From the NCBI GenBank assembly GCA_964473665.1, contig CAYYPV010000076.1, forward strand, positions 3,332-67,331: DNA of 64,000 nt, given 5' to 3'. Source of the stretch: an uncultured Candidatus Bathyarchaeia archaeon. GTDB taxonomy: Archaea; Thermoproteota; Bathyarchaeia; RBG-16-48-13; CAYPFQ01. Shown here in pieces: positions 49,929 through 59,254 of this stretch. The stretch's first letter is position 1; each line of letters opens with the position of its first letter. Below the pieces are notes generated by a model. That model was given only the letters and a program-made list of their open reading frames with translations. It was not told the origin of the DNA and ran no database searches. The position numbers and the translations under genes are program-made.

Positions 49929-51383
49929 GTGAGTGCACAAATCTCATTAGAAAAAATCGACCAATACCGATGGAAAATTCCAGAAAATACAGTGCCTGGA
50001 ATGAGAGTACCCGGTATAGTCTATGCCGACGAGGAATTAGCGGGAAAAATGAGAACAGACCGAACACTACTCCAATGCGCAAACGTTGCAACATTACCAG
50101 GCATTTACAAATGGTCCATAACTTTACCTGATGGTCATGAGGGATACGGATTCCCAATAGGCGGAGTAGCCGCTTTCGACGCTACTGAAGGTGTCATAAG
50201 TCCAGGAGGAGTCGGCTATGATATCAACTGTGGCGTCCGGTTACTTAGAACCAATCTCACGGAGAAGGAAATTAAACCGCAGCTTCCACAAATAATTGAC
50301 ACTCTCTTCCACACAATTCCATCCGGACTAGGGTCAAAAGGAAAACTACGCCTAACCCATGACGAGCTCAACCGCGCCGTCAACGATGGGGTAGAATGGG
50401 CAATTAAGCATGGATATGGCTGGAAAGAGGATGCGGAACACTGCGAAGAAAACGGACATATGAAGAACGCGGACTCAAGCAAAGTTTCAACAACAGCAAA
50501 AACACGAGGCGCCCCTGAACTCGGAACCCTAGGCTCAGGAAATCATTTCCTCGAAATTCAGAAAGTGGACAAAATCTACAACCCAGTCGTAGCAAAAAAA
50601 CTGGGAATTACTCAACAAGGACAAATAACAGTTATGATTCATACTGGCTCAAGAGGATTCGGGCATCAAATCTGCAGCGACTACCTGAGAATAATGGAAC
50701 AGTCGTTAAAAAAATATAATATTCAACTTCCAGACCGTGAACTAGCCTGCGCCCCAGGAAACAGCCCAGAAGCAAAAGACTACCACGATGCAATGTCCAC
50801 AGCAGCAAACTACGCTTGGATAAACAGGCAAATGATAACGCATTGGACTAGACAGGCTTTCCAACAAGTTTACGGTACGGAACCAGAAAAACTCGACTTA
50901 CACCTAATATACGATGTAGCCCACAATATTGCAAAACTTGAAAAGCACAAAATAAACGACGCCCCCAGAGATGTCTGGGTTCACCGCAAAGGTGCGACCA
51001 GATGCTTTCCAGCAGGCCACTCAGATATTCCTAAAGATTATCAAAGCATCGGTCAACCAGCGATCCTCCCAGGAACTATGGGAACCGCATCATACCTTCT
51101 TATCGGCACTCCTGAAGCCATGGAGCTAAGCTTTGGATCAACAGCACACGGCGCTGGGCGCTTCATGAGCCGAGCAGCCGCCACCAAAAAATTCTGGGGC
51201 AGCGAAATAAAGAAGCGCATGGAGGAAGAAGGAATTCTGGTCCGCCCAGCCTCAATGGTAGTGCTTGCGGAAGAAGCTCCTTCTGCATATAAAAATGTGG
51301 ATAAAGTAGCCGAGGTAAGTGACGCAGCAGGAATTGCAGTACGCGTAATAAGATTTGTTCCAATCGCAGTAACTAAAGGCTAA
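49929..51383 (+). CDS. rtcB: tRNA-splicing ligase RtcB (no intein)
   Basis: 484 aa, RtcB-like throughout (GYDINCGVR, HTGSRGFGH, HNHAGR-region equivalents). Confidence 0.95.
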   Translation: MSAQISLEKIDQYRWKIPENTVPGMRVPGIVYADEELAGKMRTDRTLLQCANVATLPGIYKWSITLPDGHEGYGFPIGGVAAFDATEGVISPGGVGYDINCGVRLLRTNLTEKEIKPQLPQIIDTLFHTIPSGLGSKGKLRLTHDELNRAVNDGVEWAIKHGYGWKEDAEHCEENGHMKNADSSKVSTTAKTRGAPELGTLGSGNHFLEIQKVDKIYNPVVAKKLGITQQGQITVMIHTGSRGFGHQICSDYLRIMEQSLKKYNIQLPDRELACAPGNSPEAKDYHDAMSTAANYAWINRQMITHWTRQAFQQVYGTEPEKLDLHLIYDVAHNIAKLEKHKINDAPRDVWVHRKGATRCFPAGHSDIPKDYQSIGQPAILPGTMGTASYLLIGTPEAMELSFGSTAHGAGRFMSRAAATKKFWGSEIKKRMEEEGILVRPASMVVLAEEAPSAYKNVDKVAEVSDAAGIAVRVIRFVPIAVTKG

Positions 51384-51455
51384 CGACTGAGCTTAAACAT
51401 TAACTTAAGATTCGAATCACTCACTCTGTTTTTTACATAAGTCTTTCTTTTCAAA

Positions 51456-51812
51456 TCAATAATTACTCAATAAATTCCTAAGGAAGTTTACGTCGGACAT
51501 ACTCATGTTCTTCCACTTTATTCGCCCAAGAAGTAAATCTGTTGGGTTGACCATTCTTTTATACACGAGCTTCTTAGCTCTCTCTAAATCCATCTCCAAA
51601 TACATATCCTCAGGAATTTCTTCAAGCGAAGCAGTTACATTAAACTCGATTTTCTCCGGAGTTATCTTGAAACTATAAACAGCATCGCCAACAACATTAA
51701 AAACGAGATGCCTTCCAGCATATTTATTCAAAGCATCTTTGATTCTCTCATCACATGCAGCTCTATTATTTACTGAGGCCAAGGCATTTTCAAAAGTGGA
51801 CACAAGAGCCAA
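51456..51812 (-). CDS. Hypothetical protein (possibly SCP2-like)
   Basis: 118 aa with a weak resemblance to the SCP2 fold. Confidence 0.3.
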   Translation of the reverse strand: MALVSTFENALASVNNRAACDERIKDALNKYAGRHLVFNVVGDAVYSFKITPEKIEFNVTASLEEIPEDMYLEMDLERAKKLVYKRMVNPTDLLLGRIKWKNMSMSDVNFLRNLLSNY

Positions 51813-51847
51813 ACTACAATCACCCAGTAAACCTTAATTAAAAACAA

Positions 51848-52579
51848 ATGATAAAGCTATTCAAAAAGGGGTCACAGACCATGGCGATTCAGCCGACCGT
51901 AGCAACTCTAGCAGTGCTGTTTGCAGCTGCTTTTGCCCCATCCCTTATTTATATGACCTGGATTAAAAATGAGGAAAAATTCGCTCACGAACCCATGTCC
52001 ATTCTTATTGTCATATTCGTTTTTTGTGCTGTGGTGAGCGTAATAATTAGCTATGTGCTTGAAACGGTTCTCACGGCAGCATTCGTTCGATTCCAAGGCA
52101 CTTCGCCTTCCATTTTAGAAGCCTTAGTTCCAACAATAGCAATAGCGCCTATTGTTGAAGAAGGGGTAAATCCTATCGGGGTATTCCTGCTGCGAAACAT
52201 AAAATCTTTCGTCCATCCATTTGACGGGACGATTTATGGAGCTACTTCTGGGCTTGGCTTCGCAGCAACGGAAAACTTACTTTACGAAGTCAGCGCTCTA
52301 ATAAAATATGGCTTTTCGGCTGCGATTTTAACAGTTTCACTTAGAGCTGTAAGCTCAACCCTGATTCATGGATCCGCAACGGGCTTAACAGGGTACGGAA
52401 TAGGAAAATGGAAATTCGGGGCATCATCCGTAACAATTCCATTATACTACTTAGGCGCAGTTCTACTACACGGTCTATTCAACTTAATAGCCACAGTAGG
52501 AAACCTCCCATTAGCACTAGTAATCGCGATAACATCGTTTTTGATAATGATATTTTACGGCGTACGAGTCAGTCAGTGA
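51848..52579 (+). CDS. PrsW/CPBP-like intramembrane metalloprotease
   Basis: 243 aa with about 7 transmembrane helices and EExxN (PIVEEGVN), FxxxE (GFAATENL) and HxxxN (LLHGLFNL) motifs. Confidence 0.55.
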   Translation: MIKLFKKGSQTMAIQPTVATLAVLFAAAFAPSLIYMTWIKNEEKFAHEPMSILIVIFVFCAVVSVIISYVLETVLTAAFVRFQGTSPSILEALVPTIAIAPIVEEGVNPIGVFLLRNIKSFVHPFDGTIYGATSGLGFAATENLLYEVSALIKYGFSAAILTVSLRAVSSTLIHGSATGLTGYGIGKWKFGASSVTIPLYYLGAVLLHGLFNLIATVGNLPLALVIAITSFLIMIFYGVRVSQ

Positions 52580-52614
52580 TAACGGCAATAACAAGAAAAT
52601 AAACGCGCCCAAAA

Positions 52615-53445
52615 ATGATGTATAAAATAACCTGCAATCTGTTCAACCTCCACTACACCCTAAACTGCGGGCAGGTGTTCAGGTGGGAATACAATAGTAA
52701 AAACAAATCATGGACTGGAATCGTAGGTAGCGAAGTAATTAATGCTAGACAAGAAGAAAACGTAGTTACAATCGATTCTACGTTAAGCAGAAAAGTAATA
52801 GAAAATTACTTTAGACTAGACGACGACCTTAACAAAATTTATGAACAAATAAATAAAGATCAATACATCGACGCAGCAATCAACCAGTACCCTGGTTTAA
52901 GGCTAATTCGGCAGGATCCCTATGAATGTCTCTTTTCATACATCTGCGCGACGAGAGCAAACATCCCGCAAATAAAGAAAATGGTTAAAAACCTATCCAA
53001 AACATTTGGTGAAAAAATAAAAAAAGACTTTCACACTTTTCCTACACCTAAATCTTTATCCGAAGCAGACAAAATGCAATTAAAAGCCTGTGGAGTAGGC
53101 TTCAGAGCACCATACCTGGTAGAAACAGCCAAGAAAATAGTTAACGCCAACTACGATTTAGACTCTCTAAAAAAACTAGATTACGAAAAAGCAAAATCAG
53201 AATTAAAAAACTTTAAAGGCGTTGGTGAAAAAGTGGCTGACTGCGCACTGCTTTTCTCTTTGAATAAGCTAGAAGCTTTTCCAACGGATGTCTGGATAAA
53301 AAGAATAATGAAAAATTATTACAATATTGAAAAAGACGTGGACATCAAAAAATTTGCTTTAACGCATTTCGGGAAATATTGTGGATACGCTCAAGAGTAC
53401 CTATACTATTACTACCGGACAATGCATCGCTCGGTCAAGAATTAA
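52615..53445 (+). CDS. ogg: HhH-GPD family DNA glycosylase (Ogg-like 8-oxoguanine glycosylase/AP lyase)
   Basis: 276 aa with HhH-GPD 'LKNFKGVGEKVADCALLFSL…PTDVWIKRI'. Confidence 0.7.
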   Translation: MMYKITCNLFNLHYTLNCGQVFRWEYNSKNKSWTGIVGSEVINARQEENVVTIDSTLSRKVIENYFRLDDDLNKIYEQINKDQYIDAAINQYPGLRLIRQDPYECLFSYICATRANIPQIKKMVKNLSKTFGEKIKKDFHTFPTPKSLSEADKMQLKACGVGFRAPYLVETAKKIVNANYDLDSLKKLDYEKAKSELKNFKGVGEKVADCALLFSLNKLEAFPTDVWIKRIMKNYYNIEKDVDIKKFALTHFGKYCGYAQEYLYYYYRTMHRSVKN

Positions 53446-53683
53446 AGATGCCCGCCGCAGGTTGCAAACCTTTTACCGTACTTTTTTTCCATCAGCATAT
53501 GGCAAATACCTAATAAAGAGGCTAAAATAGCTATTTTCTATTAAAAAAGGTTAATCGTGCCTATTTTTTAAATCCGAGCATTTATAGGCTCTTTTGGTCT
53601 ATTCTAATCCATAAAAACCATTACTTATACCGATTAGACTTATGGAAAAACAGAGTCTGTCAAAACTGAAATAAATCCCCTCT

Positions 53684-54151
53684 ATGCATTTAGTTCTAAA
53701 GCGTGACATAAAAATGTCGACAGTTTCAACAAGGCGATTCTTCGAAGAATTAGCAGCCTTAACACTAAAACCTGTTTTTATAGTAACCTCCAACGGGAAA
53801 ACCTACACAGGTATTCTTACAGGCTATACCGATTCACTGAGCATATGTCTAGCTAATGCAAAAGATGATGCAGGGAAATTTTTTACAAGAATCTTTCTAA
53901 ACGGAAACACAATAGCGCAAATTTACGCCGCAGAAAAACAATTCGATATTCAAGAACTTGCAAAAAGACTAGAAAAAGTATTTCCGCTGATGGTAAAACT
54001 ATACCAAGAAGCAGGCGTAATAGTTATTATGGATAAAGTTAGGGTCAGCGAAAAAGGCGTAATTGAAGGTAAGGGACCCGCTGCAGAAAGGGTACAGAAG
54101 GTTTATGAAGATTTTTTAAAAGAAATCAATCCAGTATCAGAACGTAAGTGA
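53684..54151 (+). CDS. Hypothetical protein, possibly tandem Sm-like (LSm) folds
   Basis: 155 aa. Two segments are Sm-like: 'VFIVTSNGKTYTGILTGYTDSLSICL' and 'VIVIMDKVRVSEKGVIEG'. Confidence 0.3.
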   Translation: MHLVLKRDIKMSTVSTRRFFEELAALTLKPVFIVTSNGKTYTGILTGYTDSLSICLANAKDDAGKFFTRIFLNGNTIAQIYAAEKQFDIQELAKRLEKVFPLMVKLYQEAGVIVIMDKVRVSEKGVIEGKGPAAERVQKVYEDFLKEINPVSERK

Positions 54152-54167
54152 TTTCATTAAACTAAAG

Positions 54168-54902
54168 TTAAACGTAATTTGGATACGTAGGCTTTCTCCG
54201 AGCTCCGAGAAAACTTAAATCATCAAAATTTATCCCGGTGTCTACAGGTGAAGCCTCACCATGGCTTAAATCTATTTTCATCTTTAGAACTTTGCACAAT
54301 ACATCTAAAACAGTTTCAGCCGCAACAGTATCTGGGTAAACACCGAGCGTTTCAACAAGAAGACAGAATCCCTTCATTTTTCTAATTTTAGCTAAACCTA
54401 CAAGGAGACCAGCAGCCCCCGTGATCTGCACTTGAGCAATGCCAACACCAAATTTTACAATATCGCCTAGGGTCGCATTGTCAGTCGCAGCGCAATAAAC
54501 CCTAGGACGCTCACTTACTTTCTCCTTCCTAAGCCCACCCATGCATGCCACGAGTTTGCAGTCTAAGCCTTCTGCTAAATCCAAAATGCGGTCGCAGACC
54601 TCATATTGGCCATAAGCCGTTAACGCTTGAGTATTGCCATACAAAATAATTAACCCTCTTCCCCTTCTAGGTTGATAGTAGTAAAGTTCGTTAATCGGTA
54701 TGTGCGGTATTCCGCCCTTCACAGAAACCGTCAAGTCCTGAAATGCTGGCGAATGTATTTCCGCAAATTTTTTAGCTTTTAATTCATTCATAAGCCGTAA
54801 CGCTGCAATGTTAGCAACAAACCCAGCACCAGGAAGGCCCTCTATTAAAACTGGATCTTTTAGTTTTGGCTTTTTTATAATTGTAACAGTGCTCTCCTGC
54901 AT
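54168..54902 (-). CDS. PAC2/PbaA-PbaB family protein (paralogue 3 of 4)
   Basis: 244 aa with 'PVLIEGLPGAGFVANIAA' and 'GVYPDTVAAETVLDVL'. The C-terminal …YPNYV is HbYX-like. Confidence 0.6.
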   Translation of the reverse strand: MQESTVTIIKKPKLKDPVLIEGLPGAGFVANIAALRLMNELKAKKFAEIHSPAFQDLTVSVKGGIPHIPINELYYYQPRRGRGLIILYGNTQALTAYGQYEVCDRILDLAEGLDCKLVACMGGLRKEKVSERPRVYCAATDNATLGDIVKFGVGIAQVQITGAAGLLVGLAKIRKMKGFCLLVETLGVYPDTVAAETVLDVLCKVLKMKIDLSHGEASPVDTGINFDDLSFLGARRKPTYPNYV

Positions 54903-54967
54903 TAATTACACCAGCAAAAAGAATATTCTAATACTCTTATTAATTACACGTTTATGAGTGAACAAGT

Positions 54968-56614
54968 TTGGCGTTTGAAATAAAAGAGCGAGACCTTCTA
55001 GCGCGAATAGGAAATTTAAAAACAAAAAGTGGTATTGTGGAAACTCCTGCGCTAATACCGGTTGTCAATCCTGCAACTCAAGTAATTCTACCGCGGAAAA
55101 TGTGGGATGAATTTCAATGCAAAATAATTATGACTAACGCCTATATTATAAAAAGAAAATATGAAGAAGAAGTAATAACTAAGGGCGTACATGATTTTCT
55201 CGATTTTCCCGGTATGGTGATGACTGATTCTGGGGCGTATCAATTCTTAGTTTACGGTGAAGTGAAAGTTACACCGGAAGATATAGCCAAATTTCAAGAG
55301 AAAATTGGAACAGATATAGCAACACCTCTAGATGTTCCAACAGGATGGACGGAAGATAGAAACTATGCCGAACAGACCGTCAAAGAGACTCTACGCAGGG
55401 TAAAATTAACCAAAGACATCATCTCAGAAAAGAATATTCTATGGGTCGGGCCTATTCAAGGAGGAAAATATCTTGATCTTATTGAAAAGTCAGCTAAGCA
55501 AACAAGTCAACTAGAATATCCCATCTACGCATTGGGAAGTCCAACTCAGATAATGGAAAGATACCTGTTTAACACATTAGTTGACATGATAATTACTGCA
55601 AAGCAAAACTTACCTCTAGATACACCACTCCACCTCTTCGGCGCAGGTCACCCATTCATGTTCGCATTAGCAGTATCCCTAGGGTGCGATATGTTCGATT
55701 CAGCCGCTTATGCAATATATGCAAGACAAGGCAGATATCTAACAGACTACGGCACATTCAAATTTGACCAATTGGAGTATCTGCCATGTTCATGCCCAAT
55801 CTGCTCACAAACCGATGTAAATGAACTTAGATCTTTAACCAAAAGAGAGTTAGAGAAAAACCTCGCAGAACATAATCTATACGTCTGCCAATCTGAAATA
55901 AGGAAGATAAAACAAGCTATAATTGAAGGAAGATTATGGGAATTACTAGAATTAAAGGCTAGAAGCCACCCGTCCCTTCTTCAAGCATTATGCAATCTAA
56001 AACTTTACCGCGAATACATAGAAAAATATACTCCAGTGACAAAAAAACGAGGACTACTATATTTTGGGTCTACAGGATTATCTAGACCCGAGATTACAAG
56101 ATATGGACGAAAAATTCAAGAGAACTATACGCCACCCAATAAATCCAGAATACTATTACTTTTACCGCAACCGCCAACAAAACCATTCCATAAATCCTAT
56201 CAATTCAACTATGCACGCCGAAAAATAAAAAAATCAATTGGTACAAAAAAGCAGAATGTCCATATATGCATCTACACTGCGCCATTCGGTGTAGTTCCTA
56301 TAGAACTTGACGAGATATATCCCATCGCTCAGTCCGAAATTTCTCAGATAGATGAAGAGACCCTGAATTATGCCGCAAACCAAATCCAAAACTATGCAAC
56401 AATAAAAAAATACAATACAATTATACTTCACAACGATTTTACAGTTTGGAAAAACAAGGCTGTTCAATCATGTAGAATAGCTTGCAAAAAAACTAATAAA
56501 AAATTCATCACAACCTCAAATAAAACATATCCATGGAGCAGCAAATCATTAATTGAGCTTACTAAAGCGTTAAAGACCTCTTTAAAAGACTTGGAGGAAA
56601 CCTATGCCAGTTAA
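54968..56614 (+). CDS. tgtA: Archaeal tRNA-guanine transglycosylase (arcTGT, archaeosine pathway)
   Basis: 548 aa with a TIM-barrel TGT domain (MTDSGAYQF) and a Zn site (CSCPICS). Confidence 0.75.
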   Translation: MAFEIKERDLLARIGNLKTKSGIVETPALIPVVNPATQVILPRKMWDEFQCKIIMTNAYIIKRKYEEEVITKGVHDFLDFPGMVMTDSGAYQFLVYGEVKVTPEDIAKFQEKIGTDIATPLDVPTGWTEDRNYAEQTVKETLRRVKLTKDIISEKNILWVGPIQGGKYLDLIEKSAKQTSQLEYPIYALGSPTQIMERYLFNTLVDMIITAKQNLPLDTPLHLFGAGHPFMFALAVSLGCDMFDSAAYAIYARQGRYLTDYGTFKFDQLEYLPCSCPICSQTDVNELRSLTKRELEKNLAEHNLYVCQSEIRKIKQAIIEGRLWELLELKARSHPSLLQALCNLKLYREYIEKYTPVTKKRGLLYFGSTGLSRPEITRYGRKIQENYTPPNKSRILLLLPQPPTKPFHKSYQFNYARRKIKKSIGTKKQNVHICIYTAPFGVVPIELDEIYPIAQSEISQIDEETLNYAANQIQNYATIKKYNTIILHNDFTVWKNKAVQSCRIACKKTNKKFITTSNKTYPWSSKSLIELTKALKTSLKDLEETYAS

Positions 56615-57200
56615 TGTAGATTTGCATGTTCACACAAGATTTTCAGGCGACAGCAATATCTATCCTAAAGCTATAGTTGAAAAACTGCACGCAGATAACA
56701 AAATTAAAGGCGTCGCTATAACTGATCACGATACAACTCAAGGAATAAATTCGGTACGCAGATTAGCTGAACCTTACAATGACATCGTAATAATTCCTGG
56801 AGTAGAAATGACGACTCAACAGGGCCACTTAATAATCCTAGGCATAGAAGAAACACTTCCTCCTCCTCTAACAGTCTGGGAGGCAGTAGATTTTGGAATG
56901 GAGCAAGGAGGAGCAATTATCGCTCCACATCCATTTCGCCCCATTTCAGGTCTGGGTGAAACCCTTTACGAAGTACCAGTTCACGCAATTGAAGTTCTGA
57001 ATTCACATTCAACCAATGAAGAAAATAATAGTGCTTTAGAATTATCAAAAATTAAAGGCACCAGCGCTACGGCTGGAAGTGACTGTCACTCTATTGGTGA
57101 GCTCCTATCTGCTTATACAAAAGTAGATTCCGAAGCAACTGTTGACGAAATCTTAAATGCGATAAAAAAAGGGAATGTTAAGCCATATACCCCTGTTTAG
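56604..57200 (+). CDS. PHP-domain metal-dependent phosphoesterase
   Basis: 198 aa with 'VDLHVHTRFSGDS' and 'ITDHDT' PHP motifs. Confidence 0.75.
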   Translation: MPVNVDLHVHTRFSGDSNIYPKAIVEKLHADNKIKGVAITDHDTTQGINSVRRLAEPYNDIVIIPGVEMTTQQGHLIILGIEETLPPPLTVWEAVDFGMEQGGAIIAPHPFRPISGLGETLYEVPVHAIEVLNSHSTNEENNSALELSKIKGTSATAGSDCHSIGELLSAYTKVDSEATVDEILNAIKKGNVKPYTPV

Positions 57201-57925
57201 ACGAACATTCCAGAATAATTACTCTCCGCTTTTCGTCTTTCTTCCAATTCTTTCTCTATCTCTTCTGCATGTTGAACCAGTGAAGAAACATCGACATTCA
57301 ACTTGTAAACATCACATATTTTCTTGATAGCGACAGCAGCTGCCCTTGGGTCTGGTCTCGAAGCTGCATATGGAAGAACTGCCACTGCTGGAAAATTACG
57401 AATTTCATATTTCGCAAGCATCAACGCCAATGGGCCTGCTATATGTAAGCCAGATTCAAGGAATTCAGCATTAAAAGATGAAGCCTTTGGTGTATATGCA
57501 TCGGTAGTCGCAATTCGGAGGCTATCCTTATCGTTCATTTTGAATGAATCATCTAATCCCCCAACCAAAATTGCCTCGCTGAATCTCTCTTCAACAGTCC
57601 AATCAACCAACGCCTTTGCAAGATTCACCTCATCTTTTTTATAAGGAGGAAACTCCGACTTAACCAATACGAACTTATTGCTACGATAAATCTCGAATGG
57701 AGTGACTAACTGCTTACCATCCATAAAAACAAGTTGAGGCAAATAGTCAGTTTCAATAAAACCAATTTTCTTAGCTTTTAACGCGGAAATCAAATGCGAA
57801 ATAGCTATGTACCCCGTTACACCAATACCGTGAAACCCAGTGATAAGTACACAGTTTCTAAACTTTCGCTTCGGAACTAAAAGATGAATAGACATATAGA
57901 TAACCCAACTAAACAATTTAGCCAT
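57197..57925 (-). CDS. PAC2/PbaA-PbaB family protein (paralogue 4 of 4)
   Basis: 242 aa with 'VLITGFHGIGVTGYIA' and 'RPDPRAAAVAIKKI'. The C-terminal …GMFV is HbYX-like. Confidence 0.55.
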   Translation of the reverse strand: MAKLFSWVIYMSIHLLVPKRKFRNCVLITGFHGIGVTGYIAISHLISALKAKKIGFIETDYLPQLVFMDGKQLVTPFEIYRSNKFVLVKSEFPPYKKDEVNLAKALVDWTVEERFSEAILVGGLDDSFKMNDKDSLRIATTDAYTPKASSFNAEFLESGLHIAGPLALMLAKYEIRNFPAVAVLPYAASRPDPRAAAVAIKKICDVYKLNVDVSSLVQHAEEIEKELEERRKAESNYSGMFV

Positions 57926-57955
57926 AAATAGCTCTATTTAAAAACTCTCCTATGG

Positions 57956-59230
57956 ATGGTGAAGAAGATTACTATTAATCTTAGATTTCTCGGTGGAGCG
58001 ATGGAAGTCGGTAGATCAGCTGTTTTAGTTGAATCAAATCAAAAAAAAATTATACTTGATTACGGTGTCATGGTAGATCACGAACCAGGATTTCCGATGC
58101 ATGTTCCACCGAAGGAAGTAGATGCTATAGTTGCCACTCATGCGCATTTAGATCACAGTGGTGCAATACCGATTTTTCACATCAGAGGTAAAACACCGGT
58201 ATACGGCACTCAATTGACATTAGAATTAGCTAGAATACTCATATCAGACTTCATACACTTAACAGGCTACTACCTCCCATTTGAATACCTTGACCTTCAA
58301 AACATGATGGATTGCTCAGTAAAAATTGAATACAGAGAAACACGGGATATAGGCGGCGTAAAGCTAGAACTTCTAAACTCAGGCCACCTCCCAGGAGGAG
58401 CTCAAGCACTTTTGCATACAGAAGGAAAAAAAATACTCTATACCAGTGATTTTAACACCACTCCAACGCGGCTTTTAGATGGAGCCGATTTATCCTACGG
58501 TGAAGTTGACGCAATCATAATTGAAAGCACGTATGCTGACGAAGATCACGGTGATCGAATAGAACTTGAGAAATCCTTCATGAAAAGAATTGTTGAGACA
58601 GTCGAACGAGGCGGCACAGTGCTGGTTCCCGCATTCGGCGTAGGCAGATCTCAGGAAATACTATGCATTCTAGCCAGCCACCACTTTGAGTACCCTATCA
58701 CAATAGATGGAATGACTATGGAAGCAAACGAAGTGTTAATGCACTACTCACAATATTTGCGAGACCCAAAATTATTCATGGACGCAATACATACCGCAAA
58801 CTGGGTTCACGGTTGGAAAGATCGTAGAAACGCAATTAAAAAATCAGGCGTAATAATTTCGCCAGCAGGAATGTTAAAGGGCGGCGCAGCCGTCTTTTAT
58901 ATGCAGAAATTAGCTAAAAAGAAAAATAACGCAATTTTTCTAGTCAGCTACCAAGTTCCAAGCACTCCTGGCCGCGAATTACTCGAAAAGCGGAAGTTTA
59001 TAATAGGCGGTAAATCTAGGACAGTCGAAGCTGAAGTTGAACACTTCAACTTTTCATCACATGCCGGACAACAGCAACTACATGAAACAATAAAAAAACT
59101 GAAAGGCAACCCAACCGTGTTCGTTATGCATGGAGCTGAAAATAACTGCCAACTACTCGCTAAGTGGATTGAAGATGAAACAAGTCTAAAAGCAGTAGTT
59201 CCAAAAGTTGGAGAAAGCTTCCATATTTAA
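57956..59230 (+). CDS. beta-CASP family metallo-beta-lactamase ribonuclease (aCPSF2-like, no KH domains)
   Basis: 424 aa with 'VATHAHLDHSG' and beta-CASP motifs. Confidence 0.8.
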   Translation: MVKKITINLRFLGGAMEVGRSAVLVESNQKKIILDYGVMVDHEPGFPMHVPPKEVDAIVATHAHLDHSGAIPIFHIRGKTPVYGTQLTLELARILISDFIHLTGYYLPFEYLDLQNMMDCSVKIEYRETRDIGGVKLELLNSGHLPGGAQALLHTEGKKILYTSDFNTTPTRLLDGADLSYGEVDAIIIESTYADEDHGDRIELEKSFMKRIVETVERGGTVLVPAFGVGRSQEILCILASHHFEYPITIDGMTMEANEVLMHYSQYLRDPKLFMDAIHTANWVHGWKDRRNAIKKSGVIISPAGMLKGGAAVFYMQKLAKKKNNAIFLVSYQVPSTPGRELLEKRKFIIGGKSRTVEAEVEHFNFSSHAGQQQLHETIKKLKGNPTVFVMHGAENNCQLLAKWIEDETSLKAVVPKVGESFHI

Positions 59231-59254
59231 ATAGCGGGGGATGCAAATTTCCGG

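Noticed and set aside
49929-51383. Possible intein in RtcB (also considered for PriL, PCNA and RpoA)
   Set aside because: Lengths are normal (RtcB 484 aa, PCNA 252 aa) and the sequences are collinear with extein motifs, with no Hint or endonuclease block.
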